A stretch of DNA of 62,069 bases, counting the filler. It is 6 parts of 6 records of this genome, joined end to end, with 100 filler letters (N's around TTAATTAATTAA, not from the genome) between each part and the next. Parts side by side here need not be neighbours in the genome. Positions count along the whole stretch, not along the records: positions 30,798 to 44,783 come from SRR31147125_3184; 5 more parts are not named here. The stretch is one strand, 5' to 3'. Under the pieces are notes generated by a model, which searched no databases, was not told where the DNA came from, and worked only from the letters and a program-made list of their open reading frames with translations. Position numbers and translations under genes: made by a program. How positions within the stretch are numbered: position 1 is the stretch's first letter; the number at the start of each line of letters is the position of its first letter. Below, piece after piece: positions 30,840 through 41,595 of the stretch.

Positions 30840-32246
30840 TTAAAATCGAATAGAAAGTGTTCCTATAATCTTGTTATAGGTTTTATCTTCAAGGGTAATT
30901 GCCTGTGTAAGATCATCTGACGTTTCCTGTTCCCAGCTGCCATGTAACAGGCCAACATCAAGCATGACTTGTTTATCCAGCATGATACTGGCTCCGGCAG
31001 TCAGGTATTCTTTGTCCGGTAAGGCATCATTCGTATATCTGTACGGGGATGGATTATTAAAATATCCGGCACGAACTCGGGCGCCTAGTATCGGGAGATA
31101 CATTTCAGCTCCAAGTCGGATTTTAGTGACAGATTGTAAATTTTGCTTTATATTAATATTTACATCAGCCTTGTCTATGCCTGCAATAGGAGGTTCAGTA
31201 GTAAACTTGGCTTGAGCCCAATCCTTAAACTCCATGCTTCCGGATACAAGAAAATTTAAAAAGCGAAAGGAAGCTCCAAAATCGATCCCATAGGGTTCTT
31301 TTATCTTGTATTCAAACTCTCCGCTATCACTCTGATATTCAGGCTCATCAATGACGATGCCACCGTCATACGTTTCCGTGAAATGGTAATTCCATGTTTC
31401 CGTTATCTTGTACGTTGTTGGCGTTATTATAGTAGCACCTATCCTTAGAGCATTATTAAATTTATAAAGGGCTCCAATTTTTAAATTTGTCGCATTAAAT
31501 TTTGACGAAATCAGCTGATCATAATCCCAAAAATCAAGGTCAGAGATAACAGGATTTTCATCAGTGGGTGGGACATTGTAAAAATTCTCTCTATCTTCCT
31601 CACTGAATATCACATTATAATCGTCAGTACCACCGACAAAATTAATGGTTGCACCCACATAGAATCTTTCCTGAACTTCTACGGCGCCGGATAATGAAAA
31701 ATGATTGAGACTTCCCTCTTCAAAAATGGATTCCGCCTGATGTAAATTGCCTAATATGTCAGTCGTATAATCCGGATAAGTAGGAGCAACAATGTCCGCA
31801 AATGCCGCATGATCTGTATTAAATCCTTCTATATCCAGGATGTTGTCGAAATCCCGAACTTTATTATAGCCAATCCCAAATACCAGACTTCCCCGATACG
31901 TTGGTACAGGCATGACAAATCCGATTGAGTTTAATCGTGTAAAGCTTGTCTCTCCTTTAAAGGTATTGCCAAGAAAAGTGGCATCATTATCTATCATGTT
32001 ATGTGAAAATCCGAGATTGAGTTCCATTCTTCTCAATTGACCCAGACCAGCAGGATTCCAGTAAATAGCAGAATAGTCATCAGCTACTCCGACATAGGCA
32101 CCTCCCATGGTAGTAGCTCGTGCTCCGACACCTAATTCTTCTCCAAGAAAAAATATTTCCTCTTGTGCGTTACTGGTACCTGCGATCATTACAAGAGTCA
32201 ATAATCCCAGTACACAGATTTTACCTATATATTCGCTGAATCTCAT
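30840..32246 (-). CDS. FadL/OmpP1-like outer-membrane beta-barrel transport protein
   Basis: Signal peptide, GARATTMGGAYVGVADDYSAIYWNPAGL, C-terminal Phe (LSIRF). Confidence 0.85.
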   Translation of the reverse strand: MRFSEYIGKICVLGLLTLVMIAGTSNAQEEIFFLGEELGVGARATTMGGAYVGVADDYSAIYWNPAGLGQLRRMELNLGFSHNMIDNDATFLGNTFKGETSFTRLNSIGFVMPVPTYRGSLVFGIGYNKVRDFDNILDIEGFNTDHAAFADIVAPTYPDYTTDILGNLHQAESIFEEGSLNHFSLSGAVEVQERFYVGATINFVGGTDDYNVIFSEEDRENFYNVPPTDENPVISDLDFWDYDQLISSKFNATNLKIGALYKFNNALRIGATIITPTTYKITETWNYHFTETYDGGIVIDEPEYQSDSGEFEYKIKEPYGIDFGASFRFLNFLVSGSMEFKDWAQAKFTTEPPIAGIDKADVNINIKQNLQSVTKIRLGAEMYLPILGARVRAGYFNNPSPYRYTNDALPDKEYLTAGASIMLDKQVMLDVGLLHGSWEQETSDDLTQAITLEDKTYNKIIGTLSIRF

Positions 32247-32349
32247 ATCATATTCTCCTATTCTATACAGCGCTTAAAAGCCGCCGCTTAAAACGAAATA
32301 GGTTTAAGCTTTTCTTATTATGCAGTAAACCGGCTTTAAACTAATTCTG

Positions 32350-33435
32350 TTATCTTCTTCGACCGCCAGAGCTGCTTCCGGAGGAGCTTTTTCCGGATGA
32401 ACTACTTCCGGATGAACTACTTCCACTCGAAGAAGATCTACCACTGCTTGATCCTGAGCTACTTCTTGGACGTGTATAACTTCCGGAACTTTTTGAACCA
32501 CTGGAAGACCTTCCTTTCGATACGGAAGATGAACCTCTGGTTGCAGAAGAACCACTACTGCTGGATCTTCTCCTCTTTACAGTCGACTTTTTAGTGGTGC
32601 CGGAAGATTTGGAAGAATCGGACGATTTTTTCCGTATCTGGGAACTTCGTGTGCTTCTCGACCTTGTGCTCTTTTTTACATCTGTGGATTTGCTTTTTCG
32701 TTCAATCGTACCACTCTTTTTAACACCAGAGTTGGAATCCGGAGTATCCGTGCTTCCACTGCGAGTTACCCTGGTTCGCGTTCGTGAACTTGTTGAGACA
32801 TCGCTTCCGGACGTCCTGGCTGATGTTCCGGTTTGAGTAATGGTACGACGTCTTGCGGTTCGTTTTGTAGTGGCATCCATGTCTTGTGTGCCAGCTCCAA
32901 CATTGCCACGTAAGGATGTTCGAACAGGATTTGATGTATACGGTGTCCTGCGTCCAAAATTACGTTGCTTTTGATTGACATAGTCTCTACCACCATAATA
33001 GCCGGAATTACCATGCCAGTAATGATGACCATAATAGGCCCAACCGCCATAATAGGACATACTCGACCAATAATAAGGATCTCCGGCATACCTATCATAA
33101 CCCCACCATGGATCCCAATAATGATGATGTCTCCACCAGCTACCAGTGCGATAAGACCAATAGGGTTCATACCACCAGTTATCAATGTAAGGTGCGTATG
33201 GATAGTCATAGATATAAACATCGCTGCCATAGTCATATATGACAACGTCTTCCTCTACGACTTCTTCGGCCTCTTCATCATAATCCTGAGATGATCGTTC
33301 GGATTCACTGTAATAATCATAGTCGTCGATATCATCAGAGTCCGGACGACCCATCTGAGTGTAACAGCCAACGAATCCGATAGAAATTAAGAAAACCATC
33401 AAGTGTAAAATAAATGTGTTTTTTAATGATAACAT
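32350..33435 (-). CDS. Lipoprotein with Tyr/Trp/Gly-rich core and Ser/Arg/Gly-rich disordered tail
   Basis: FVGC lipobox; SSSGS repeats ending GGRRR; GGAGGAGGTG RBS. Confidence 0.75.
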   Translation of the reverse strand: MLSLKNTFILHLMVFLISIGFVGCYTQMGRPDSDDIDDYDYYSESERSSQDYDEEAEEVVEEDVVIYDYGSDVYIYDYPYAPYIDNWWYEPYWSYRTGSWWRHHHYWDPWWGYDRYAGDPYYWSSMSYYGGWAYYGHHYWHGNSGYYGGRDYVNQKQRNFGRRTPYTSNPVRTSLRGNVGAGTQDMDATTKRTARRRTITQTGTSARTSGSDVSTSSRTRTRVTRSGSTDTPDSNSGVKKSGTIERKSKSTDVKKSTRSRSTRSSQIRKKSSDSSKSSGTTKKSTVKRRRSSSSGSSATRGSSSVSKGRSSSGSKSSGSYTRPRSSSGSSSGRSSSSGSSSSGSSSSGKSSSGSSSGGRRR

Positions 33436-33864
33436 AAGGCACCTCCTCCAATCAAGGGCTCTTGATATTTAAGAAGAGTTTTGGAGTTTAAAAGAACAAT
33501 CCGGTTTTAGTGTTTACAGAATATATAAAGTAATTGTATCAATATCAAACTTAATTATCCTTAATTCTACTCAATTTCAACTCTTGCCACGTTTTTTATC
33601 TATAGTATTTGTAATATTTATCTGCGCTGCTAATATATTGTTTTTCATTTGATTAAGATATTATCCCACTCTCAAGCAAACAAGTAAAACGTCTTTTGAT
33701 TTCTATTTTCTTTAACAATTTCGATCTGACTTATATTTACTCTTTAACCTCCTTTAATGCCATAATTTTTTTAACTTGTTGTACTTGCCTCAGTTATAAT
33801 ACGATTTTTTTCGTGCTTTAGTTCCACAAATTCCATGCATATTTAACAGTTATACTATAAAATT

Positions 33865-33890
33865 AAAAACCCTTACAAATGCAAGGGTTT
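33865..33890 (-). terminator. Intrinsic terminator of the bat operon
   Basis: AAACCCTTaCA-aa-TGcAAGGGTTT just after the batE stop, with an A tract on +. Confidence 0.6.
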
Positions 33891-33897
33891 ATAATTT

Positions 33898-34647
33898 TTA
33901 AATCACTTCTAATGCCGACTGGGGTAACCAGCCAACTTTTCCATCTGGCAGGGAAATCCTGAAATACTGCCCTGACCTTTGATTCACTTTTACTTTCACC
34001 CCCTCATGTAATGCAAATACCTCTGTCGCATCTTCTGCTGGTGAACTGAGCACTTCCACCTTTTCGACCATGACAATTCCCTCTTCATTTGTCTTTTCTT
34101 CATGAATTCGAGCGAGAAGTAAACCAGAAAAAATCAGAAAAATAACGAGTGAGGGTAAAAGTGTATAATGAGCAAATTTCTGGATCGTTTCCTTTTTTAT
34201 CAATAATTTGACAATAAAAACAGAAATTGTTAGCACGTAAAATATTATGGCGAAAACAGCTAACTGATCACTGCTAAAATAATTTTTAATCTGATGCCAT
34301 ATCCGCGTAAAGTAAAATGGTGGCGGTGTAACAATTTTATCCACGACATGAAGTTGGGCTAATTGCAGGTTCACTTTTACATCTTCATCATGTGGAGCGA
34401 GTCTTTTGGCTCTTTCATAATTTAAAATAGAGCGGGCGATATTGTTTAATTTGAAATACGTATTACCAATATTATAATATAATTTTTCACTCTCATAACC
34501 GGACTGTAATGCCAGTTCATACTGTTCGGCAGCCTTCTGATAATCACCTTGTTGATAAAATTCATTTCCCTGCTGAAAAAAAACAGTTGCCTGATCCATT
34601 TCAGCTTGTTGAGCCAGAAAAAGTAGAATGAATGCGATAAATCTCAT
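33898..34647 (-). CDS. batE: BatE (TPR + TM + SH3)
   Basis: N-terminal TPR (LYYNIGNTYFK...ILNYERA), two TMs, C-terminal SH3 (LHEGVKV...DGKVGWL); operon position. Confidence 0.88.
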   Translation of the reverse strand: MRFIAFILLFLAQQAEMDQATVFFQQGNEFYQQGDYQKAAEQYELALQSGYESEKLYYNIGNTYFKLNNIARSILNYERAKRLAPHDEDVKVNLQLAQLHVVDKIVTPPPFYFTRIWHQIKNYFSSDQLAVFAIIFYVLTISVFIVKLLIKKETIQKFAHYTLLPSLVIFLIFSGLLLARIHEEKTNEEGIVMVEKVEVLSSPAEDATEVFALHEGVKVKVNQRSGQYFRISLPDGKVGWLPQSALEVI

Positions 34648-34652
34648 CGTTT

Positions 34653-36500
34653 TTAAATTGCCTTTTCTAATTTAATAATTGCTTCTTTTGCAGAGGTATA
34701 AAAATCTGTCATCTCATTTTTGGAGCCGGTTGTCGCAGCAAATCGCTGATAATCACAAGTTTGTATCAGTGACAAATATTCATTTAAAAGTGCGTCATCC
34801 AGTTTTTTCTGCCTCAGCCGTTTCTCAAGATCTGTGCTGATGATCCCGGCTTCTTCAAGGTCCAGCTTGTCTGCGGCAAATCCCAACAGTGATCGGGATA
34901 CTTCCGCGTAAAACTCTTTTTGAGACTTTTCATTAAGCAAACTTTTTGCTTTACTTAACCTTTTCAGAGCCATTCGATTCGCACGATGACTTCGTGCGTA
35001 AGCTTTGTTTTCACTTAATTGGTTCACATGTTTCTTATACCCCAGAGATCCGGCCAATGCCACCAGGGGCAATATGAGCAAAGCCATAAAAAGAGTGCTG
35101 CTTTTAAAACTTTTTCCGACAGGTTTAAATTGAGGACCACCCAATTTGATAAATCGAATATCCTGACCCAAAATACGAACTTCTTCTTTGCTCAAGCCTG
35201 ATCCGATAGAAATAATTTCATTGTCACCCTTGGCAACATTAATAGCAAATTCAGGCGATGTCAGAGTTCGGTACTGCTTCTTTTGTGTGTCAAAATAAGA
35301 AAAAGAAATGGGTTTAATACGTTGTTGACCGGGAAATCGCGGCACAAGAACATATTCGAACGTTTTACTTCCACTTATACCGCTCTGTTGTCTGTTTATT
35401 GTTTGAGAGATCTTGGGTTCATATTGTTCAAAATCACTCGGAATCGAGACGTTTGGATTGGGTAAAACCTTAATATTACCCTCACCTGATATTTTCACAG
35501 AAAGTGAGATTGCTTCATTTGTTTTCACATTTTCTTTATCAACAGAAACATCGAGTTTGTAGACACCGACACTGCCATTAAAATCAGCAGGTTTGTTTGT
35601 CTCCGGTAATGGCAACACATTGATTTCTACAGGTGCAGAATAAATTGTTTTTTGAACAGTGGGGCTGAAAAAAGGATCATCAAAAAAATTATCAAAAATA
35701 TCCCGACTTCGTCTCCGACTCTGTCTAACCTCACATTCAACGCCAAGAGAGCCAAGAGTCTTTTTCCCGGGTGAGGTGGGAAAAAGAACGATTTTCCGGA
35801 TATCAGCAACGAGATATTTTCGCCCGTTAATGACTTCATTCCGTGTTTGTGGTTGCCCCTTTAGATCAATCTCTTCTACCCAAAAACCAGCTGTTTCTGA
35901 AGATTTCGACATTCTGGCACCTGTCAGCGAAACCCGGGTGTATATCCGATACGTCACAACAACAGGCTCATTTTGATAGACTTTCTTTTTACTCAGCAAT
36001 GCTTTTACATAGAGATCGTCAGTTGCTGTTTGTCCCTGGCTTTGACTTCCCGATTTTTGTGCATTCGGAGCCTGAGAAGGTGCTGCCTTTGTGATCATAA
36101 TGGAAATGGAATTGGATTGATAAACTTTTCCTTTGTGATTCACTTTAACAGGCGGAATTTGATATTGCCCTTCTTTGGTTGCCATATAAAAATAGGTCAG
36201 AGCTTTTTTAACACTCATCTTGCCATTTATAATCTGGATATTCTGCGATGTTCCACCTGAACCCAGAAACGACAGATATCCGGACATATCAGGCAATTCA
36301 GGCGTATCTACCTTTTTAGCATCTTCACCGGACAGGTCCACCGTCAATACCAATTGCTGGTTCACCGCCAACGTTGTTTTATCAACAGATACGCTTACAC
36401 TCAGGGGTTCTGCATGAGCGATATTAGGCAAAAAGATCCCAAAAACACTTAAAGTAAGAATCCATATTCTTCTTGTATACTTTTTTAGGCAATAAAACAT
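34653..36500 (-). CDS. batD: BatD aerotolerance-operon protein
   Basis: QNIQIING, DNFFDDPFF, PADFNGSVG, GEGNIK, GQDIRFIK, C-terminal TM and CDYQRFA. Confidence 0.88.
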   Translation of the reverse strand: MFYCLKKYTRRIWILTLSVFGIFLPNIAHAEPLSVSVSVDKTTLAVNQQLVLTVDLSGEDAKKVDTPELPDMSGYLSFLGSGGTSQNIQIINGKMSVKKALTYFYMATKEGQYQIPPVKVNHKGKVYQSNSISIMITKAAPSQAPNAQKSGSQSQGQTATDDLYVKALLSKKKVYQNEPVVVTYRIYTRVSLTGARMSKSSETAGFWVEEIDLKGQPQTRNEVINGRKYLVADIRKIVLFPTSPGKKTLGSLGVECEVRQSRRRSRDIFDNFFDDPFFSPTVQKTIYSAPVEINVLPLPETNKPADFNGSVGVYKLDVSVDKENVKTNEAISLSVKISGEGNIKVLPNPNVSIPSDFEQYEPKISQTINRQQSGISGSKTFEYVLVPRFPGQQRIKPISFSYFDTQKKQYRTLTSPEFAINVAKGDNEIISIGSGLSKEEVRILGQDIRFIKLGGPQFKPVGKSFKSSTLFMALLILPLVALAGSLGYKKHVNQLSENKAYARSHRANRMALKRLSKAKSLLNEKSQKEFYAEVSRSLLGFAADKLDLEEAGIISTDLEKRLRQKKLDDALLNEYLSLIQTCDYQRFAATTGSKNEMTDFYTSAKEAIIKLEKAI

Positions 36501-36539
36501 AGTTTAATCAAACTCATTCACTTTAATAAATAACCAATA

Positions 36540-37304
36540 TTACCAATCTTTACCAATGGATCTCCCTGCAGGCATTCGTTGTTTACGGGCATCTTTCAGG
36601 TTTTCCTGATCTTCTTCCAGTGCATTCAGGATACGTTCCGCATCTTCCTGTGACATCTCTTCTTCAGATGGCTGCGGCTGTTGTTGTTGCTGTTCCTCTT
36701 GCTCTTGCTCTTCTTCATCACTCTGAGATTGCTGTTCCTGTTGTTCTTGCTGTTGCTCCTGTTGATCCTGCTTGTCCTGTTCATTCTGTTCTTGTTGCTG
36801 TTCCTGCTTCTGCTGTTGTTGTTGCTCCGGATTCTGTTGCTGTTTGTCTGCCTGATCTTTGAGCTGTGCCCGCACAAATTCCAGATTATACTTGGCATCC
36901 TCATCATCCGGATTCAATTCCAGTGATTTTTTATAAGAAAGAATACTTTCAGGCAATTTTCCCGAACGGTATAAGGTATTGCCAATATTATAATATGCTT
37001 TTGCCTGCATATTTACATCATCGTTTGTCAGAGAAGACTCAAATTCTTTTATGGCATCTTCATATTTCTTTTTCTTATAATTCGTATTACCAATATTAAA
37101 TTTGATAACAGGGGATTCCGGAGAATGTACCTGAGCATCGCGGTATTTATTCAGAGCCTCATCGTACTTTTCTTCATTGTACAACTTGTTACCTTCAATA
37201 ACTTTTTCACGTCCGGATTGAGCCAAAATTGTCTTTCCGGGGAAAAACAAAAATAACAGTAAAGCTGACAGGATATTTATAAATAACTTTTTCATAGTTT
37301 TCAT
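36540..37304 (-). CDS. batC: BatC (TPR + Gln/Glu-rich tail)
   Basis: TPRs, DAKYNLE, poly-Q region, EDAERILNAL, C-terminal KDW. Confidence 0.88.
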   Translation of the reverse strand: MKTMKKLFINILSALLLFLFFPGKTILAQSGREKVIEGNKLYNEEKYDEALNKYRDAQVHSPESPVIKFNIGNTNYKKKKYEDAIKEFESSLTNDDVNMQAKAYYNIGNTLYRSGKLPESILSYKKSLELNPDDEDAKYNLEFVRAQLKDQADKQQQNPEQQQQQKQEQQQEQNEQDKQDQQEQQQEQQEQQSQSDEEEQEQEEQQQQQPQPSEEEMSQEDAERILNALEEDQENLKDARKQRMPAGRSIGKDW

Positions 37305-37308
37305 TTTT

Positions 37309-38339
37309 CTACATAAATCGTCCACGCCACTCTCTCTTTACGGATTTTTCTCTGATATTAAAAATTCCACTATCAATAAAATGATAGCAAAAATGATTAT
37401 GTATTGAAAACGGTCCTCAAATTGAGAAAATTGCATGGAACCCAATTCTTTTTTTTCCATTTTTGCAATATCTTCATAGATTCTATCCAACTCCTCCTGA
37501 CCACTCGTGGCCCGGTAGTACTTGCCTCCCGTTTGCAAGGCTATTTTTTCAAGCGTTACTTCATCCAACTTTGTGATAACAACCTGACCTTTTTTGTCCT
37601 TTTTGAATCCACCATTGGATCCGCCACTCTGCGCGGCTGGAATCGGTTCTCCTTTTGGCGAGCCAATGCCGACACAGTATATGACAATGCCCTGTCTTTC
37701 TGCTTCTTCCGCTATCTTTAAGGCCTCACCCTGATGATCTTCACCATCTGTTATTAATACGAGAACTTTGTGTTTTCGTTCCTTTTGATCAAAAGCCTCA
37801 ATGGCCTTGGTAATCGCTTTGCCTAATGCGGTTCCAGGCGTTGGAATGAGTCCCGGATCCATAATATCCAAAAATATTTTTGCCGCATTATAATCAAGCG
37901 TCAAAGGACATTGTACGAACGCATCACCGGAAAAAGCGATAAGCCCAATACGATCTCCTCTAAGACGTTCAATAAAGTTTTCTACCTCATGCTTTGCCTT
38001 TGCTAATCGGCTCGGTTGAATATCCTGTGCCAGCATGGATGCCGAGACATCCATGGCAACAATGACATCGATTCCTTCGCGTTTCACTTCTTCCAACTTT
38101 GTGCCAATTTGCGGGCGTGCAAGGGAATAAACCATAAATAAAACAGCACTTACCAGAATAACGATTTTACTTATCTGTCTTCCCCGGCTATTGTTCTGAC
38201 AAAGCTTCTGCAAAAGCTCCAGATTTCCAAAACGTGCCAGGGCCCGTTTTTTAGCACGGAACACATATAAATAAAAAACAATGAGTAGAGGGACAAGCCA
38301 AAGCAAATGTAAATAATAACTACTAGCAAATCTCAACAT
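37309..38339 (-). CDS. batB: BatB VWA-domain protein (one-base frameshift near the C-terminus)
   Basis: LARPQIG, MIDAS DVSAS, CPLTLD, ITDGEDH; adding one base to the T5 at 37345-37349 extends the end from EKNP* to EKKSVKREWRGRFM* (stop 37309). Confidence 0.85.
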
Positions 38340-38379
38340 ACAACAATATCCTCAAAGAGAAAATTTAACAACTATTCCG

Positions 38380-39372
38380 TTATGGTAACTTGCGAAACCG
38401 AGTGTTCGCTAATACAATTTCCACGATTAATAAACCAAGCGCCAGGAGAAGATAGTTAACAAATAATTCCTTATATCTTGTATACTCCTTTACCTCGATC
38501 TTTGTTTTTTCCAATTCACCAATTTCGGCAAATATTTTTTCAAGGCTGGTTTTATCAGTTGCCCGAAAATATTGCCCTTTGGTAATATTCGCTACATTAC
38601 GCAAAAGGTCTTCATCAATCTGAACAGGCATTGGCACATATCTCTTTCCAAAAATCGGATCATCTATCGGATAAAGTGCATTCCCTTTTTTACCGGCTCC
38701 AATGGCATATATTCTGATACCAAATGCCTGGGCCACTTTGGCGGCTGTAACCGGATCCAATTCACCTTTGTTATTACGACCATCAGTAAGCAGGATTACA
38801 ACCTTGCTTTTGGCTTTACTATCACGTAATCGATTCGTACAGTTTGCGATCGCCATTCCAATAGCTGTACCATCATCGATCATGCCAATTTTTATTTCTT
38901 CCAAAAATCGAAGCAATATGCCATAATCCAGGGTCAATGGACACTGAGTAAAACTCTTGGCTGCAAATACAACCATGCCTATGCGATCATTTGTCCGGCC
39001 TTTGATAAAATCAGCAGCCACAACCTTGGCAGCTTCAAGCCGATTCTTGGGTTTAAAATCCTCAGCCAACATACTGCTGGATATATCCATTGCCAGTATA
39101 ATGTCAATACCTTCTGTAGTTATCTCCTCCTCTGTTCGGCCGGATTGAGGCCTGGCAAAACAGATTATCAATAATCCAATAACCAACATTCTTAATACAA
39201 ACAGCAAATGTCGGTATTTTTTCAGTGGAGATTTTTTAACAGACTTTACAATACCCAGATTCGAATATCTTAATGTGCCCTGAGCTTTATTCTGGCGTTT
39301 GACATACCAGTAAATCAAAAAAGGAATAATTGCAAATAAAATGAGAAATTCCGGATTAGCAAAACGAAACAT
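38380..39372 (-). CDS. batA: BatA VWA-domain protein
   Basis: MFRFANP, FARPQ, MIDAS DISSS, DGTAIGMAI, LLTDGRNN, YFRATD, FRKLP. Confidence 0.9.
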   Translation of the reverse strand: MFRFANPEFLILFAIIPFLIYWYVKRQNKAQGTLRYSNLGIVKSVKKSPLKKYRHLLFVLRMLVIGLLIICFARPQSGRTEEEITTEGIDIILAMDISSSMLAEDFKPKNRLEAAKVVAADFIKGRTNDRIGMVVFAAKSFTQCPLTLDYGILLRFLEEIKIGMIDDGTAIGMAIANCTNRLRDSKAKSKVVILLTDGRNNKGELDPVTAAKVAQAFGIRIYAIGAGKKGNALYPIDDPIFGKRYVPMPVQIDEDLLRNVANITKGQYFRATDKTSLEKIFAEIGELEKTKIEVKEYTRYKELFVNYLLLALGLLIVEIVLANTRFRKLP

Positions 39373-39373
39373 C

Positions 39374-40437
39374 TTACTGATTCTCTCCTTCAAAAGTCTG
39401 AACCAGTTCCTCGTCATCAGAAACAGGTTTTTTATCTTCTTCCTTATCCGAATCTATATCAGAAGCGGTTTCTGTTTCTTCTACAACAACAAGCTTGGTC
39501 GCATTAACAAAATCAAAACCCAATTGGGTGGTTTCACTATTTTCGCTGTCGGTTGGTACGTATTTGGCAAACTTTACCATATCACAGTTGCTTAAAAAAG
39601 CATGTAATACATTTATGTGATCCGAAGGTACCTCTTCATTAATCATACTTTCCATCAATTCAGAGGTGGTTTTTTCAAGAGCAATAATATAATACCGCCC
39701 TTGTACATAATTACGAAGAATGTCAGAAAGTTCAATATAATATTCTTTCACAAGGCCTTTGTCTAACAAATCACTTGTCACCAGTTCTTCAAGTGCTTCC
39801 AAAGCCACCTCATGAGCCGGGCGTGGTGGTTCCTGTCGTTTTGGCAACAGGGATTTCCTTGCTTACGCCGCTTTATATAATAAATCAAAAATACAACCAG
39901 TACGAGCACAAGAAAGCAGACAATAGCGAAAATAATTAACCGGCTGTAATCCTTCAAAGGCTCTATCGGCGGTTTGATATCGCGTATGTCTCCCGCATTA
40001 TCCGGATTCAAACTTTCAACAAGTATTTTAATCGGTTCGGTCTTAATATAATCGAGTGTTGTATCTTCTGCCGTTGTGTAACCGATTTCTATGGAAGGTA
40101 TTTCATATTCGCCAGTGTCAAAAGTAGAAATCAAATAGTCTGTCTGCTCTATAACCTGGTTGTCGTTTTCTTGCGGCTCGAGTACTTTGTAATCACGAAT
40201 TTCAAATTGTCCCAAATTTACAGCGAGCGTTGGTGTTTGTATCTGGACATCAGGATCTCTCGTCATGATAATGGAATAACGAATAACGTCACCAATATTC
40301 ATAGTTGATTGATCGACTTTCGACTCAACAGCAATACGGCCCTGCGCCAGGGCACGTCTTGAAGTAAGACTAAAAACTGTTCCTGTTGTAATCAGAACAG
40401 CAACAACTATAGATAATTTTCTCAATGTGGTATTCAT
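39374..40437 (-). CDS. Bat-operon membrane protein (BatD-like/DUF4381-like), split by frameshift
   Basis: ORFs 39778-40437 and 39374-39847 join by adding one base at T3 39854-39856 (GKSLLPKRQEPPRPAHEVAL); IRDIKPP + TM + DMVKFAKY. Confidence 0.8.
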
Positions 40438-40535
40438 TAATTAGCTTTAATATACTCTGGTTAAAATAGTTTATTATTGAGGCAAACAAAAGATCGCTAT
40501 TTACCTTGCATTTAATCTACCATTAGTACGGCATG

Positions 40536-41477
40536 TTATTGTACTTTGTTTTCAAAAAACTTGACATCTTCAGCCAAAATCATTTTTTCAATCAGAGCCA
40601 GGTAGGCGTCCTGATATTTTTTTCGCGACAGATCCTGGGCAACCTGTTGTTTCACCTCAGATAGTGATTTTTGTCGTTTTATCGTGCCATCTTCATTCTT
40701 TTCAGCATAATTTTCTTTGTTAGCTTCATAATAGAGCTCTAAATCGCTCTCCTCTATATCCACTTTAGCGGCGACACGGTCCTGGAGCAATTTGCGAACC
40801 ATAATCATTTTCTTGGATTGAAAAGCCCCTTCGATAACATCCGGATCTTTGTCAAATCCCGCTCTTTTGGCTGTATCATACAATAATTCCGTTGCCACAT
40901 ACTCTCGCAGGAACTCTAATTTCCTCTCTTTATTTTTAAATTGATCGCGCACACTGGGTGGTAATTGATCAATCTCAAAATCAATATCGCCCTGGGTTAT
41001 GTCACGCTTGCCAATACGGGCGACGACAGCACCAGGTCGTTTCTTTTTGACTTTTTCTTTGTCAAGCTGAACAGCTTCATCTAATGCTTGCTGGGCATCT
41101 TCGGTTTTTTCAAGCCGTTCCAGACAGGCGACAATCCGTTTATTCACTTCATCCATCAAAGTGCTTTCCGGATAAAGATGTTTTATTTTCAAATAATAGG
41201 CTAATGCGTTCTGATAATCTTTTACCCGGTCAAAATATGTATTCGCGATGATATAATTTATATTCGCTCTCTCCCGTGGTTCAATATCATAGTCATTCAA
41301 ATAGTTACTATACTGTTCTATAGCCTGCTGGTAAAGATCACGATTAATTAAATCACCTGCATATTCCCTTACTTTGTCACCATCAGCAGTAAATTTCTTT
41401 TGCTTGTCACATGCAGAGAACGCTAACAGGAACATCAAAGGGGCTGCTACAAGGGATAAGCTTCTCAGTTTGTACAT
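40536..41477 (-). CDS. Lipoprotein with TPR and SurA/PrsA-like chaperone region
   Basis: GGAGG RBS before ATG 41477; FSAC lipobox; TPR helices; VVARIGKRDIT...LLYDTAKRAG...YYEANKENY...LSEVKQQV. Confidence 0.65.
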   Translation of the reverse strand: MYKLRSLSLVAAPLMFLLAFSACDKQKKFTADGDKVREYAGDLINRDLYQQAIEQYSNYLNDYDIEPRERANINYIIANTYFDRVKDYQNALAYYLKIKHLYPESTLMDEVNKRIVACLERLEKTEDAQQALDEAVQLDKEKVKKKRPGAVVARIGKRDITQGDIDFEIDQLPPSVRDQFKNKERKLEFLREYVATELLYDTAKRAGFDKDPDVIEGAFQSKKMIMVRKLLQDRVAAKVDIEESDLELYYEANKENYAEKNEDGTIKRQKSLSEVKQQVAQDLSRKKYQDAYLALIEKMILAEDVKFFENKVQ

Positions 41478-41530
41478 TAATGCCTCCGAATAAAAAATCT
41501 CATATACATAAAAAAGTATCATTGTATTAC

Positions 41531-41566
41531 GTGCAGTGCATCAAATAGGACCATGATGCATTGCAT
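41531..41566. other. Intercistronic stem-loop
   Basis: TGCAgTGCATCA-N10-TGATGCAtTGCA between the DUF58 and TPR genes. Confidence 0.45.
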
Positions 41567-41595
41567 GACAGTTGAATTCGAAAAGTGATGGAATT

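Noticed and set aside
32304-33294. Several overlapping ORFs within the 361-aa lipoprotein gene
   Set aside because: Shadow frames of low-complexity coding sequence with no independent RBS or motifs.
36620-36926. Leu-rich and other overlapping ORFs across batC
   Set aside because: Shadow frames of the CAG/CAA-rich poly-Gln coding region.
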